This document shows positions 36,854-46,270 of a stretch of 64,000 bases of DNA, in pieces. How positions within the stretch are numbered: position 1 is the first letter of the stretch; the number at the start of each line of letters is the position of its first letter. Both the position numbers and the translations under genes were made by a program. The notes beneath the pieces were generated by a model. The model saw nothing but the letters and a program-made list of their open reading frames with translations. It searched no databases and was not told the origin of the DNA. Origin of the DNA: an archaeon (lineage in GTDB: Archaea > Iainarchaeota > Iainarchaeia > Iainarchaeales > JANQMZ01); assembly GCA_028279805.1 (NCBI GenBank), contig JANQMZ010000007.1, positions 409,092 to 473,091 of the forward strand. The letters run 5' to 3'.

Positions 36854-37675
36854 TTGGACAAAAGCTTTAAAAGAATCAAAACTTATTCAAATAATATGGG
36901 TTCCGGCGGTTTAAGGAGAAGGAGGAGAATACTGGAAAGCCTTGATAAAAAAAAGAGGAAAGGAGAATATATTGATCCAGATATATATTCCCGTCATTAC
37001 AGGCGTTTAAATACCGGAGAACATGTAAGAGGGATTAGAACACTTGAATCTCTTGTGGGAGGAGAGTTGAGGGCGTTGGTTGCAATTCTTGAATCTCAGA
37101 TGAAATCTTACAAAGGAATAATCGCACAAAGAGGAACGGAGGAAATAGAGGGTGGAAAGGAATTGATGCGATTAAAGGACAAGCTTGAAAAAAATCCTCC
37201 GGCAACAGCAGAAGAATTGGACAGCTTATCAAAAAGAGTTGGTGAACTGGAAAGATTATACGGAATGCATGGAAGTCATAATAATCTTTTCAGCTTTCAG
37301 GAATCTTTGGTGAAAATGTATGAAGAGGTTTTGGAATCCCGGCGAAAAGATTTAAAAGGCATTGAAAAGGAAAATCCTTCAATGCCCAAGGAAGCAAGAC
37401 AAAAAATCAGGGAAATTGTTGAACAACATTCACCAGGAGAAGCAAAAAATCTTCTTCATGATTATGAACAGTTGATTAGAATAAGACTGGGTTCCTTGGA
37501 TTTGGAAACATTCAGGGAAAGATTTAAGCGTGTTCTTGAAAGTGAAACAAAACCTCAAAGTGATTTTTTTTCAGAAGCAAAAGGAAAAATGATTGAAGGA
37601 GTTTTATTCAGTGTTGGAAATGATTTCAGAGAAGTTTTAAGTGAAATTCAAAAAGCAATGGAAAGAATAAAATAA
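36854..37675 (+). CDS. Hypothetical coiled-coil protein.
   Basis: ORF only. Confidence 0.3.
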   Translation: MDKSFKRIKTYSNNMGSGGLRRRRRILESLDKKKRKGEYIDPDIYSRHYRRLNTGEHVRGIRTLESLVGGELRALVAILESQMKSYKGIIAQRGTEEIEGGKELMRLKDKLEKNPPATAEELDSLSKRVGELERLYGMHGSHNNLFSFQESLVKMYEEVLESRRKDLKGIEKENPSMPKEARQKIREIVEQHSPGEAKNLLHDYEQLIRIRLGSLDLETFRERFKRVLESETKPQSDFFSEAKGKMIEGVLFSVGNDFREVLSEIQKAMERIK

Positions 37676-38242
37676 TTATTTTTGATTTTTTTCAACTGTT
37701 TTTTTGATTTTATCCAGATAATCCTGTTCAGGTTTTTGAATTTGTTCACCGATTTTTCTGTAATTGCCGCCAAAATATAACAATGGTTTTTTTTCTTCAA
37801 TTGCAGATAATTCTAACACTTCGCCAACAAACATTACATGGTCGCCCAATTCAATTGCTTTAATTAATTTGCATTCAGCATTCATTGCAGCATCTTTAAC
37901 CATTAAAACATTAATTTTTTTGGCATCATAAAATTCTGCAATTCCCAATTCTTTTAAAACAGCAATTTTATCAACATTTTTAGCAGAACTTTGGCCTGAA
38001 ACGCTGGAAACAACATTTTGTTGCTGGGAAGCAATGCTTATTCCAAATTCTTTTGATTCTTTGATGTTTTCAACAGTTGCTTTCTGAAAACCCAGATGAA
38101 CTGCCATCAAACTTGGCTTATAGGACACGTGATTAGTCCATTCAGCAGCCATAATATTCTGGCCATGAGGGCCATTGCTTGTTATTAAGCCAATGTTTGA
38201 AACAAATTTTCTTGTTCTCCAGTCATTCCATTCTAAATCCAT
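37676..38242 (-). CDS. Flavin reductase-like FMN-binding protein.
   Basis: 'NIGLITSNGPHGQNIMAAEW'. Confidence 0.6.
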   Translation of the reverse strand: MDLEWNDWRTRKFVSNIGLITSNGPHGQNIMAAEWTNHVSYKPSLMAVHLGFQKATVENIKESKEFGISIASQQQNVVSSVSGQSSAKNVDKIAVLKELGIAEFYDAKKINVLMVKDAAMNAECKLIKAIELGDHVMFVGEVLELSAIEEKKPLLYFGGNYRKIGEQIQKPEQDYLDKIKKTVEKNQK

Positions 38243-38283
38243 GAAAGATTAAAAGAATGGGAGAATTTAAGTGTTTTTCCAAA

Positions 38284-39288
38284 TTAGTTTTGTTTTTTTC
38301 TTGTTTTTCTAGGATTTAAAGATGATCCGGTTTTTATTTTCCTTTTCCCTCTGGGACTTAAAGTTATTCCTGTTCTTCTGGACTCTTTTTCAATTTTTTT
38401 TTGATGCCTATATTTTTCATATTGAATGATTTCAGGATTAAAATCAAATCTTCTAACCAAATCTCTTTCCGGAAAAAATCCAAGCAAAACAGGAATTTCC
38501 ATTCCGGCTTGATATAAAATTCTCGGATTTTCAAACATTTCAACAACTTGTTCAGGTGGAAAATGCAATTCTATTGCCAGTTTTGCTGCAACTTGTGTTC
38601 TGGGTTTTTTTGAAAAAATGTTAAAAAATTCTTTAAGAGTTATATCATAACTGTTTACCAGTTCATAACCAAACAAACCATTTTGACTTAAAAAATTCAC
38701 AGAATCAATTATGGTTTCTGGCTTTCTTCCATCAAAAAGTCTTGCTGATTGTTTTATCAAATCAACAGCTTCTTCTTTTGAAAACTTTTCTGGTTTTAAA
38801 GCCCTTCTTCTTCTTTTTCTTTCTTCTATAAAACCGGACATTCCCTCAGGCAATGCGTTGGTTCCCGGCCCCCCAAATGCGTTTTTTTTTCTTTGCAAAC
38901 CGGTTTCAAGCTTGCCAACATCTTCTGAATCAGCACCTGCACGGATTAAAACATCTCCGGGAACCCCAGAATTAACCAGGTCTTCAAGCAAATAATGGCG
39001 AAGGAGTTGTTCAATTGGAAACTCAAGCTGGCGCGCATGTCCTGCAGTTAGAGTTACCGGATAAATTCTTCTGAATTCGCTTAAATCAATTTCATACACA
39101 TCATTCAAAGTTCTTCCGCCCAAACCACGTTTTAATAAAAATTCAGAAGCCTTAAAGTATGATTCCTTCGCAGCTGCTCTTTGAACAAATGTTTCAATTT
39201 CTTCTCTTGAAAGTTCTCCTGCCAAAGCTCTTTGCCTGACGGTTTTTCCTCGAGTTCGAGGCTTTGATTGCCCTCTTTTTTTCAGCAT
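38284..39288 (-). CDS. Hypothetical protein with basic N- and C-terminal tails.
   Basis: ORF only. Confidence 0.3.
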   Translation of the reverse strand: MLKKRGQSKPRTRGKTVRQRALAGELSREEIETFVQRAAAKESYFKASEFLLKRGLGGRTLNDVYEIDLSEFRRIYPVTLTAGHARQLEFPIEQLLRHYLLEDLVNSGVPGDVLIRAGADSEDVGKLETGLQRKKNAFGGPGTNALPEGMSGFIEERKRRRRALKPEKFSKEEAVDLIKQSARLFDGRKPETIIDSVNFLSQNGLFGYELVNSYDITLKEFFNIFSKKPRTQVAAKLAIELHFPPEQVVEMFENPRILYQAGMEIPVLLGFFPERDLVRRFDFNPEIIQYEKYRHQKKIEKESRRTGITLSPRGKRKIKTGSSLNPRKTRKKQN

Positions 39289-39383
39289 GATATGAATAAG
39301 GAAAAGCTGAGTATAAATAGTTTTATGGTTTAAAAAGGCAAATTTGGAAAAAGTATTTAAAAGGGTTTAATTGTATTTTTGCC

Positions 39384-40118
39384 ATGAGCAGGTTGTTTGA
39401 AGGGGCAGTAAAAAACTGGAAATACGTTTTAAGCTTGTTAATAATTGGCTTGATTTTTTTATTATGGCAGTATTATTACCAGTTAAGTTTTATTCCGGAT
39501 AACTGGCAACTGGCTTTGGTTAGGGCATTAGGTTTTGCCGGAGCAACATTTTTTGCAATAGCTTTATTGTCAAGTTCAATGTTTAAATTCTGGCCGCAGT
39601 ATGCAAAGTATTGGACTGCAAGAAGAATGTTTGGAGTAATGGGTTTTACTTTTATTTTTTTACATTTTTTAACAACAACAATGTTTTTTTATGACGGAAA
39701 TCCGATGCTGTTATATTTCCCTTTAAATCCTTTTGAAAATTTGTTAATATTTGGATTGGCAGCTTACCCCATTTTCTTTTTAATGTTTTTAACAAGCACA
39801 GACTGGGCTTATGAAAAAATGGGCCCGCCAAGATGGAAAGCTTTGCACAGACTTGTATATTTTGCTTTCATGTTTTCAGTTTTTCACTTTTTATTAATTA
39901 ACCCGCCTGCATTGAAAAACCTGTCAGGTTACTTGTTATTATTGGTAACATTTTTGGCATTGCTGGGAGAATTATACTGGTTTATTAAAATGGCAATCCA
40001 AAAAGGATTCCGAGGATTAGGAGTAAAAATTGGTTTTTTAATAATTTTATTCTGGCTTGCTTTAATTTACTTGGCTTATCCGATGTTAACTAATGCTTTT
40101 GGAATTATTTTCAGTTAA
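39384..40118 (+). CDS. Ferric-reductase-like TM protein (MsrQ/YedZ-like), a paralog of 12349.
   Basis: Conserved His residues in TM helices: 'FLHFLTT' and 'FHFLLINP'. Confidence 0.5.
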   Translation: MSRLFEGAVKNWKYVLSLLIIGLIFLLWQYYYQLSFIPDNWQLALVRALGFAGATFFAIALLSSSMFKFWPQYAKYWTARRMFGVMGFTFIFLHFLTTTMFFYDGNPMLLYFPLNPFENLLIFGLAAYPIFFLMFLTSTDWAYEKMGPPRWKALHRLVYFAFMFSVFHFLLINPPALKNLSGYLLLLVTFLALLGELYWFIKMAIQKGFRGLGVKIGFLIILFWLALIYLAYPMLTNAFGIIFS

Positions 40119-41191
40119 CCAAAAGTAAAAGTGTATAATTCAAATCCTTTTCCAGTAACTTCAAAAACAATTGTTTTCTGGGAATAATCCTGTGAAGAAA
40201 CCAAATTGTACAATTTTTGTTCTTCAACCGGAACAGCTAAATTCTGAACATCAGTTCCGGTATTTTCTTCTGTTAAAGGATTTTGATTTAATTCAATTGT
40301 TAAATTTGATTTGTCTGGCGAGCCGGCAACTATATTGACATTTTTTGCTTTGAAGGTTAAGGCAACTTTTCCTTTATCTGAAACCAATTTTGAAAAATCT
40401 GCTTTTGTTTCCCATTCTCCGTCCAGATAAGCCAGATTCGGAATAAAAGTGTCAGGCAAAGAATATTCCGTTACTGCGTCTTTTTTGAACCCTTCTTTGT
40501 TGCCGAATGGTGCGCGAATAAATTTATAGCCGAAATAAATTTCAGGCGTGCCGATTTGCGAAAAATCAGGGTTTTCTGTTGAGCCCAAATTTGATTCTTC
40601 TTCTTTAACTGTTTCATCTTTTTCTGATAATAATTTTAGTATTTGTTTTTCTGTTTCTTCATAGCCCCCTTCCCCAATATGGTCATAGCGGATAAAGCCT
40701 TGTGAATCAATTAAAAACTTGTGAGGCCACCAGCGATTGTTGTAAGCACGCCATGTGCCAAAATCGTTATCCAGAACAACCGGATATTTTAATTGGTGTT
40801 TTTCTACAGCTTGTTTTACATTGTCAAAATTTTTTTCAAATTCAAATTCAGGGGAGTGAACGCCAATTATTACCAGGCCATTGTCTGAATATTTTTCATG
40901 CCAGTCTTTCAAATAAGGCAGGGTTCTGATGCAATTAATGCAACTGTATGTCCAGAAATCAACCAGTACAACTTTTCCTTTCAAATCTGCAATTTTAATG
41001 TCAGGTTCAGTGTTAATATAATTGTGAATTTTTTGTAATTCAGGAGCTTTTTGCAAACCGTTTTTTGTTTCAATAGGCGTAATCTCATTAATATTAAAAT
41101 TTTTTGTTGATTGCAATGCGAATATTGCTAAAATTATTATTAACAATATTCCTCCTACCAAAAAAGGATTGTTTGGCTTTAAAATTTTCAT
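40115..41191 (-). CDS. Extracytoplasmic thiol-disulfide oxidoreductase (TlpA/ResA-like redoxin) with a C-terminal extension.
   Basis: 'DFWTYSCINCIRTLPYL' CxxC motif and an N-terminal TM anchor. Confidence 0.7.
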   Translation of the reverse strand: MKILKPNNPFLVGGILLIIILAIFALQSTKNFNINEITPIETKNGLQKAPELQKIHNYINTEPDIKIADLKGKVVLVDFWTYSCINCIRTLPYLKDWHEKYSDNGLVIIGVHSPEFEFEKNFDNVKQAVEKHQLKYPVVLDNDFGTWRAYNNRWWPHKFLIDSQGFIRYDHIGEGGYEETEKQILKLLSEKDETVKEEESNLGSTENPDFSQIGTPEIYFGYKFIRAPFGNKEGFKKDAVTEYSLPDTFIPNLAYLDGEWETKADFSKLVSDKGKVALTFKAKNVNIVAGSPDKSNLTIELNQNPLTEENTGTDVQNLAVPVEEQKLYNLVSSQDYSQKTIVFEVTGKGFELYTFTFG

Positions 41192-41193
41192 AA

Positions 41194-41910
41194 TTATCCC
41201 AACAACATTTGGTTAACAAAACCTAAATTGGCAACCAAAACCAATGTGTTTGTAAAAACCAAAATTCCCAGAATTATTAAAATTATTCCGAACACGATGT
41301 TAAACCATTTCAAATGTTTTGAAAATTTTTGAATAAAGCCTGATGCTTTTGAAGTGAATGCTCCTACCAAAAGAAACGGAATTCCCAGACCCAAAGAATA
41401 GGACAGCATTAAAGGGAATGCTGCTTCAGGCTGGGTTGCCGCTAAAGTTAAAACTGCTCCTAAAACCGGCCCTACACAGGGAGTCCAGCCCACCGCAAAC
41501 GCCGCACCGAATAAAAAGGAACTTAGGTACTGGAAGCGTGTTTTTTTAACTGTTAATTTTTTGTCGCCTTGCAGTTGCGGAATTTTAATTACTCCTAATA
41601 AAAATAAGCCGAATAATATGATGATTATTCCGCCAATCTGGCTTAAAGTGTTTCTTAAATCAAAAGCAATGCTTGACAAAACGCTTTGCAGTAAAACTCC
41701 TAAAATTGAAAAAACCAATGAAAAGCCTAAAACAAAAAACACTGAACTTAAAAAAATTGTAATTCTTACACGGGGAGCGTTTTCCTGCAATTCTTTTGTT
41801 GTTGTTCCGGCTAAAAAAGTTAAATATGCGGGAATTAATGGAAGAATGCAGGGACTTAAAAAAGATGCGATTCCTGCAAAAAATGCAATTATAATTGTAA
41901 ACTCAGTCAA
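41194..41910 (-). CDS. ccdA: CcdA/DsbD-family transmembrane electron transporter.
   Basis: 'FLSPCILPLIPAYLTF' and 'WTPCVGPVLGA'. Confidence 0.8.
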   Translation of the reverse strand: MTEFTIIIAFFAGIASFLSPCILPLIPAYLTFLAGTTTKELQENAPRVRITIFLSSVFFVLGFSLVFSILGVLLQSVLSSIAFDLRNTLSQIGGIIIILFGLFLLGVIKIPQLQGDKKLTVKKTRFQYLSSFLFGAAFAVGWTPCVGPVLGAVLTLAATQPEAAFPLMLSYSLGLGIPFLLVGAFTSKASGFIQKFSKHLKWFNIVFGIILIILGILVFTNTLVLVANLGFVNQMLLG

Positions 41911-41912
41911 TT

Positions 41913-42419
41913 TTATTCACCCAATTCGTCCCTTGCAAAACTAATTTTATCCAGGATAACAGCTTTATTCCACTGGCCGATTCCTCTGACCAGAACATTT
42001 TCTTCCGAATCAATAATAATGTGAGTGTGTTGTAATGAAACTCCAAATTTTCTTGCCAAATCTTCTTCATCTGCATCGGTTCTGGCATCCTTATAATTAA
42101 CTTCTATTCCTGCAACATCTGTCGGAATTTCCTTAAAAGTTTCAACCAAAACAGGTTTTTGAACAACGCATGTAGGACACCAGTCTGCATGGAATTCTAA
42201 AAAAATAATTTTATTATTCTGCAAAGCTTGTTGATAAGTTGTTTTAGAAAATTCTTTGTATTGGTTTCCGGTTAAATTTAAATTTTCATTTTCTTTTTCA
42301 TTGGAATTTGATGACGGATTTGAATTTGAATTGTTTTGTGAAAAATCTGTTTCACTGACTGCCTGCGTGCAGCCGAACACAAAAATTATTGAAAGCAAAA
42401 GTATTGGCAATGTTTTCAT
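41913..42419 (-). CDS. Secreted thioredoxin-like lipoprotein.
   Basis: 'GCTQ' lipobox and 'FHADWCPTCV' CxxC motif. Confidence 0.7.
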   Translation of the reverse strand: MKTLPILLLSIIFVFGCTQAVSETDFSQNNSNSNPSSNSNEKENENLNLTGNQYKEFSKTTYQQALQNNKIIFLEFHADWCPTCVVQKPVLVETFKEIPTDVAGIEVNYKDARTDADEEDLARKFGVSLQHTHIIIDSEENVLVRGIGQWNKAVILDKISFARDELGE

Positions 42420-42420
42420 T

Positions 42421-42699
42421 TTATTCTCTCCATGTTACCCAGGCTAATGCAAGCAAGCCGGCTGTCTGTGCTCCGCTTACTAAAATTGCGTGCTGCATTG
42501 CTTCGGCTGTATAAAAATCAAGTTGTACAAAATGAAAATATGCTGCAAAAATGTTTTGCAATAATAACAAAAATGCAAAAACAATTAAACCTGAACAAAA
42601 AGTGCTTTTCATTTGCCTGTAATTCTGAATATAAACACTTAATAGGAATAACAACAATGCTACATTGATTAATTCCAATATTACCGGAAATTCCATCAT
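42421..42699 (-). CDS. Small membrane protein.
   Basis: ORF with 2-3 TM helices. Confidence 0.3.
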   Translation of the reverse strand: MMEFPVILELINVALLLFLLSVYIQNYRQMKSTFCSGLIVFAFLLLLQNIFAAYFHFVQLDFYTAEAMQHAILVSGAQTAGLLALAWVTWRE

Positions 42700-42719
42700 A
42701 TACCTCCTTTTTTAGTTTT

Positions 42720-43019
42720 TTAAAGCTTTTTCCCAATTTTTGACCATATTTCCTCAAAAGCTTTTTTTTCTTCATCCGTAAAAGCCGGAAAAAACAATTC
42801 ACCATATTTGTCCATGCTGCTTGTAATCCAGTTGTTTTTTTTCAAAACATCAACATGGTGTAAAATTGTTTTATAGTCAACACCTGCTTTTTTAGCCAGC
42901 TGGTTTTTGTTTAAAGGCCTGTCCATTAAACAATGCATTATTTTGGCACGCATTGGCCCGCCCCGGCTGGCGCCAAGCAAATACCAAACATTTTTTTTAA
43001 AAAGCCTTAAAGGATCCAT
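42720..43019 (-). CDS. Winged-helix transcriptional regulator (ArsR-like).
   Basis: 'LNKNQLAKKAGVDYKTILHHVDVLKKNNWI'. Confidence 0.5.
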   Translation of the reverse strand: MDPLRLFKKNVWYLLGASRGGPMRAKIMHCLMDRPLNKNQLAKKAGVDYKTILHHVDVLKKNNWITSSMDKYGELFFPAFTDEEKKAFEEIWSKIGKKL

Positions 43020-43146
43020 CTTTAAACCAATAGAACAGCTAAAATTAAAAAAGAATAGAACAAAAAATACGAAGCAAAATACTGCAATTGTCGAAAAAAG
43101 GCAATCTTTTTATTCTCTGAATCATTGATTATTAAGGTGGAGAAAA

Positions 43147-43278
43147 ATGCTGTTAAGAGAATCTGCAACATGCCCGGAATGCGCAAAAAGGGCTGAAGTG
43201 ATTGTGACAGAGGAAGGTTTAATCTTAAACCATTTACAGCACAATGAAACTTGTTCAAAATTTATTGAACAAGAATAA
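43147..43278 (+). CDS. Small (43 aa) putative zinc-binding protein.
   Basis: 'CPEC...HLQHNETC'. A GGTGGAG Shine-Dalgarno sequence lies upstream. Confidence 0.3.
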   Translation: MLLRESATCPECAKRAEVIVTEEGLILNHLQHNETCSKFIEQE

Positions 43279-43365
43279 TGCTGTAAAAAAAATCCTTGTT
43301 TGAAAAAACAAGCATCAGCATTGCCTTACAAATGATTTTAAGCTTTTTCTAATCTGATTTGTTAA

Positions 43366-43920
43366 ATGGTTTTAACATTTTCAAGCTATAAAGTTTTACA
43401 AAAAAATTCTTCCGCTCCCGACTTTACTTTGCCGGGTGCTGACGGAAAAAATTATTCTCTGGAAGATTTAAAAGGAAAAAAAGGTTTGCTCATAATTTTC
43501 ATGTGCAATCACTGCCCTTATGTTCAGCCTAAAATGAAATATTTTTCAGAATTAAGAAAAAATTATCCTGAATTGCAAATAGTTGGAATTAGTGCAAACG
43601 ATGTTGAACAATATCCTGAAGATAGTTTTGAAAAAATGAAAGAATATTCTCAAAAATATGATTTTGGTTTTCCTTACTTGTTTGATGAATCACAGGAAAC
43701 AGCAAAAAATTACGGGGCTGTTTGTACTCCGGATCCTTTTTTGTTTAACGAAAATTTAGAATTGGTTTATCATGGCAGGTTTGATGATTCTCCGCAGGGT
43801 TCACATGAAGAAGCTAATACAAGTGAAATGGAAGATGCAATAAAACAATTATTGGCAGGGGAAGAAATTACGGTTGAAACAAAACCATCACAGGGATGCA
43901 ATATTAAATGGAGTGAATGA
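43366..43920 (+). CDS. Thioredoxin-fold redoxin (AhpC/TSA-like) with a CNHC motif.
   Basis: 'LLIIFMCNHCPYV'. Confidence 0.6.
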   Translation: MVLTFSSYKVLQKNSSAPDFTLPGADGKNYSLEDLKGKKGLLIIFMCNHCPYVQPKMKYFSELRKNYPELQIVGISANDVEQYPEDSFEKMKEYSQKYDFGFPYLFDESQETAKNYGAVCTPDPFLFNENLELVYHGRFDDSPQGSHEEANTSEMEDAIKQLLAGEEITVETKPSQGCNIKWSE

Positions 43921-44194
43921 AATGAAAAAAAGTACAGGGCAGGAGAATGTGTCAGTTGTTCCTGTTACCCGCCGTATAAACGCAAAAGCGTTTGAATTGC
44001 TTGAACAGCATCCGGAGGGTTTAAGCTGGACGGAATTGCGTTCAAAAATTGAAGAATCAGATAGTAATTTTCATCCGAAAACGGTTAACGGGTGTGTCTG
44101 GAAACTTGTTGAAAAATTTCCTGACGAAATTTACAAACCGTCAAAAGGAATTTTTCGTTTGGTAAAATTTGAAGATAAAATTAAAGTGAGGTGA
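43874..44194 (+). CDS. Hypothetical winged-helix protein.
   Basis: ORF only. Confidence 0.3.
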   Translation: MKQNHHRDAILNGVNEMKKSTGQENVSVVPVTRRINAKAFELLEQHPEGLSWTELRSKIEESDSNFHPKTVNGCVWKLVEKFPDEIYKPSKGIFRLVKFEDKIKVR

Positions 44195-44198
44195 AAAA

Positions 44199-44603
44199 AT
44201 GAGAAAATTTTTGTTAGCAGGACTGTTGGGCGGACTGGCAATTTTTATTGTTTCAATGGCATTGTCATTTGTTGTCCAGGCAATTGCACCATATGATATT
44301 TTCAGCTTGGCTGGAATGCGTTCAATTGATGATCCTTTAATGATGTTTTTCTTTTTGGTTGGCTGGGTTTATGCTTTTCCAATGGCATACGCTTATTCAC
44401 ACTTTAAAGGAAGCATGCAGGGAACATTTGTTCAGAAAGGAATCAGATTTGGTTTTCTTGTATGGTTATTGACTGCTGTTCCGACAACTTTCATTATTTT
44501 TACAACAATGACTTATCCGTTAGGTTTTCATTTGGACAGCATTGTTGGCGGACTAATCTGGTTAATGGCTGGATCAATAGTTATTGCAAAATTCATGGAT
44601 TGA
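44199..44603 (+). CDS. Hypothetical membrane protein.
   Basis: 4 TM helices. Confidence 0.3.
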   Translation: MRKFLLAGLLGGLAIFIVSMALSFVVQAIAPYDIFSLAGMRSIDDPLMMFFFLVGWVYAFPMAYAYSHFKGSMQGTFVQKGIRFGFLVWLLTAVPTTFIIFTTMTYPLGFHLDSIVGGLIWLMAGSIVIAKFMD

Positions 44604-44608
44604 AAAGC

Positions 44609-44812
44609 TTAAGGCTTTTCAATTTCTTTTCTTTCATGAGTTTTTCCTTCATACATGTATAATTTGTCTGTTTCTTCAGTTTTTGTTTTTTGATGAGAAC
44701 CATCACAAAATGGTTGGTTTGCACTTAAACCACACATGCAATTCCATTTTCCGACATCTTCTTGTGTTATTTCTCTCGGACCATGAGCAACTCTTTCAAC
44801 TAATCTTGGCAT
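44609..44812 (-). CDS. CDGSH iron-sulfur domain protein (mitoNEET-like).
   Basis: 'CMCGLSANQPFCDGSH'. Confidence 0.8.
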   Translation of the reverse strand: MPRLVERVAHGPREITQEDVGKWNCMCGLSANQPFCDGSHQKTKTEETDKLYMYEGKTHERKEIEKP

Positions 44813-44874
44813 AATTATAACCTCCTTTTAAAATAAGAGTAATTGTTTGTTAAAAAGAGTTTTGCCAGATTTGT

Positions 44875-45852
44875 TTAAAGGGGAATAAAAGTCAGTTTTA
44901 AGTTTCCCTTAAATAATTCATTTGCATAACTTACTCCCATTTGAATTTTTTGATGCATTGTCAAATTTTCAGATTCCTTGGTTCTTAGAAATGCTTCTGA
45001 ACCAAAATCAATATAGGGATTAATAAAAATAGGATTAACAATTTCTTCAAGTTCGGCGCCTGCCAAAAACTCGTATTTTATTACACCATGTTTTCCAACA
45101 ACTCCAAAAGTATTCATTCCGTAGTCTCTAAAAAAGTGAAAACTAGTTCTAATATCATTTTCACTTGGAAACATTCCTCCAAAAGAATACAAAAATCCAA
45201 TAAATTCTTCCCCGTAAGCTCTTGTTAATTCGATTTGTTTTTGTGCTTCTTTTATCCGTTTATTTAGAATGCGTTTTTTCCTTTCATTTTTTTCAACAGA
45301 TAATTGTTTTTCCCTTCTTTGAATTTGTTGACGACGCAGTCTTATAAAACTTCCAGGTTTTTCATGAGAATATTCAAAATGTGTATGATAAAGACCAAGA
45401 AACCTGGGTTCTTTTACAATTATTTCAGACAAAATACCTATTCGATAATAATCCAAACCAACTCCAATTGCCCCCTGTTTATTCTTACCAACTTCATACC
45501 ATTTCCCCTGATTTAAGTCGACAAACCACGCTTCTTCAACAAGATAAGGAAATTTTGGCAATTGTTCCCAGATTAATCTTTCACCGTCAGCAAGATTTGC
45601 TTTAAACATACGCATTCTTTCATCAGCAATATTAGGATTGAACTCTGGACCTGGTCTCTCTAAAAAGTGACTTTCTGAAAAATGTGAAATCATTTCTTGC
45701 TCCCTGAAATGATGACTTGCTTTTCCGGTATAATAGCCCCCAAATATTCCTGCTAGTATGGAGCCAATCGCGATAGCCGTTCTTTTAGCATCTGATGAAA
45801 CATTTGGTTGACTTTTTGGTTTTGCTCTTCTTTGGGCAGGTTTTTTTTCCAT
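44875..45852 (-). CDS. Membrane-anchored protein of unknown family, paralog A. It has an HxH motif and a conserved C-terminal 'KLTFIPL'.
   Basis: Basic N terminus plus one TM. Blockwise similarity to the 46271 ORF. Confidence 0.5.
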   Translation of the reverse strand: MEKKPAQRRAKPKSQPNVSSDAKRTAIAIGSILAGIFGGYYTGKASHHFREQEMISHFSESHFLERPGPEFNPNIADERMRMFKANLADGERLIWEQLPKFPYLVEEAWFVDLNQGKWYEVGKNKQGAIGVGLDYYRIGILSEIIVKEPRFLGLYHTHFEYSHEKPGSFIRLRRQQIQRREKQLSVEKNERKKRILNKRIKEAQKQIELTRAYGEEFIGFLYSFGGMFPSENDIRTSFHFFRDYGMNTFGVVGKHGVIKYEFLAGAELEEIVNPIFINPYIDFGSEAFLRTKESENLTMHQKIQMGVSYANELFKGNLKLTFIPL

Positions 45853-45929
45853 AAAAAAAGAATTGTTTCAGAATATTTAATGTTTGTTATCAAAAGCAAA
45901 ACTTTAATATAAACAAAATAAGTAAGTGT

Positions 45930-46259
45930 TTGATGCAATTAAGCCAAAAAAAATGTGTTGCCTGCGAGGGAGGAATTCCTCCAATGGAAAAAGAAAAAGC
46001 GGAAGACTTTTTGAAACAAGTTCAGGAATGGAGTTTGGCTGAAAATAATAAAAAAATCAGCAAAAATTTTGAATTTAGAAATTTTGAAGAAGCAATGGTT
46101 TTCATTAACCTTGTTGCGGCTTTAGCAGAAGAGGAACAGCATCATCCGGACATATTTGTTTCATACAATAAAGTAAGAATTGATATCTGGACACATAAAA
46201 TCAATGGCTTGCATGAAAATGATTTTATTTTAGCTGCAAAAATTGACGAATTACAATAA
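45930..46259 (+). CDS. Pterin-4a-carbinolamine dehydratase (PCD/DCoH).
   Basis: 'EEQHHPDIFVSYNKVRIDIWTH'. Confidence 0.8.
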   Translation: MMQLSQKKCVACEGGIPPMEKEKAEDFLKQVQEWSLAENNKKISKNFEFRNFEEAMVFINLVAALAEEEQHHPDIFVSYNKVRIDIWTHKINGLHENDFILAAKIDELQ

Positions 46260-46270
46260 TGATTTAATTT

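Noticed and set aside
38364-38995. ORF 38364-38546 (-) and ORF 38711-38995 (+).
   Set aside because: Both lie inside the 38284-39288 hypothetical gene. The first is an alternate-frame ORF on the same strand and the second is an antisense shadow.
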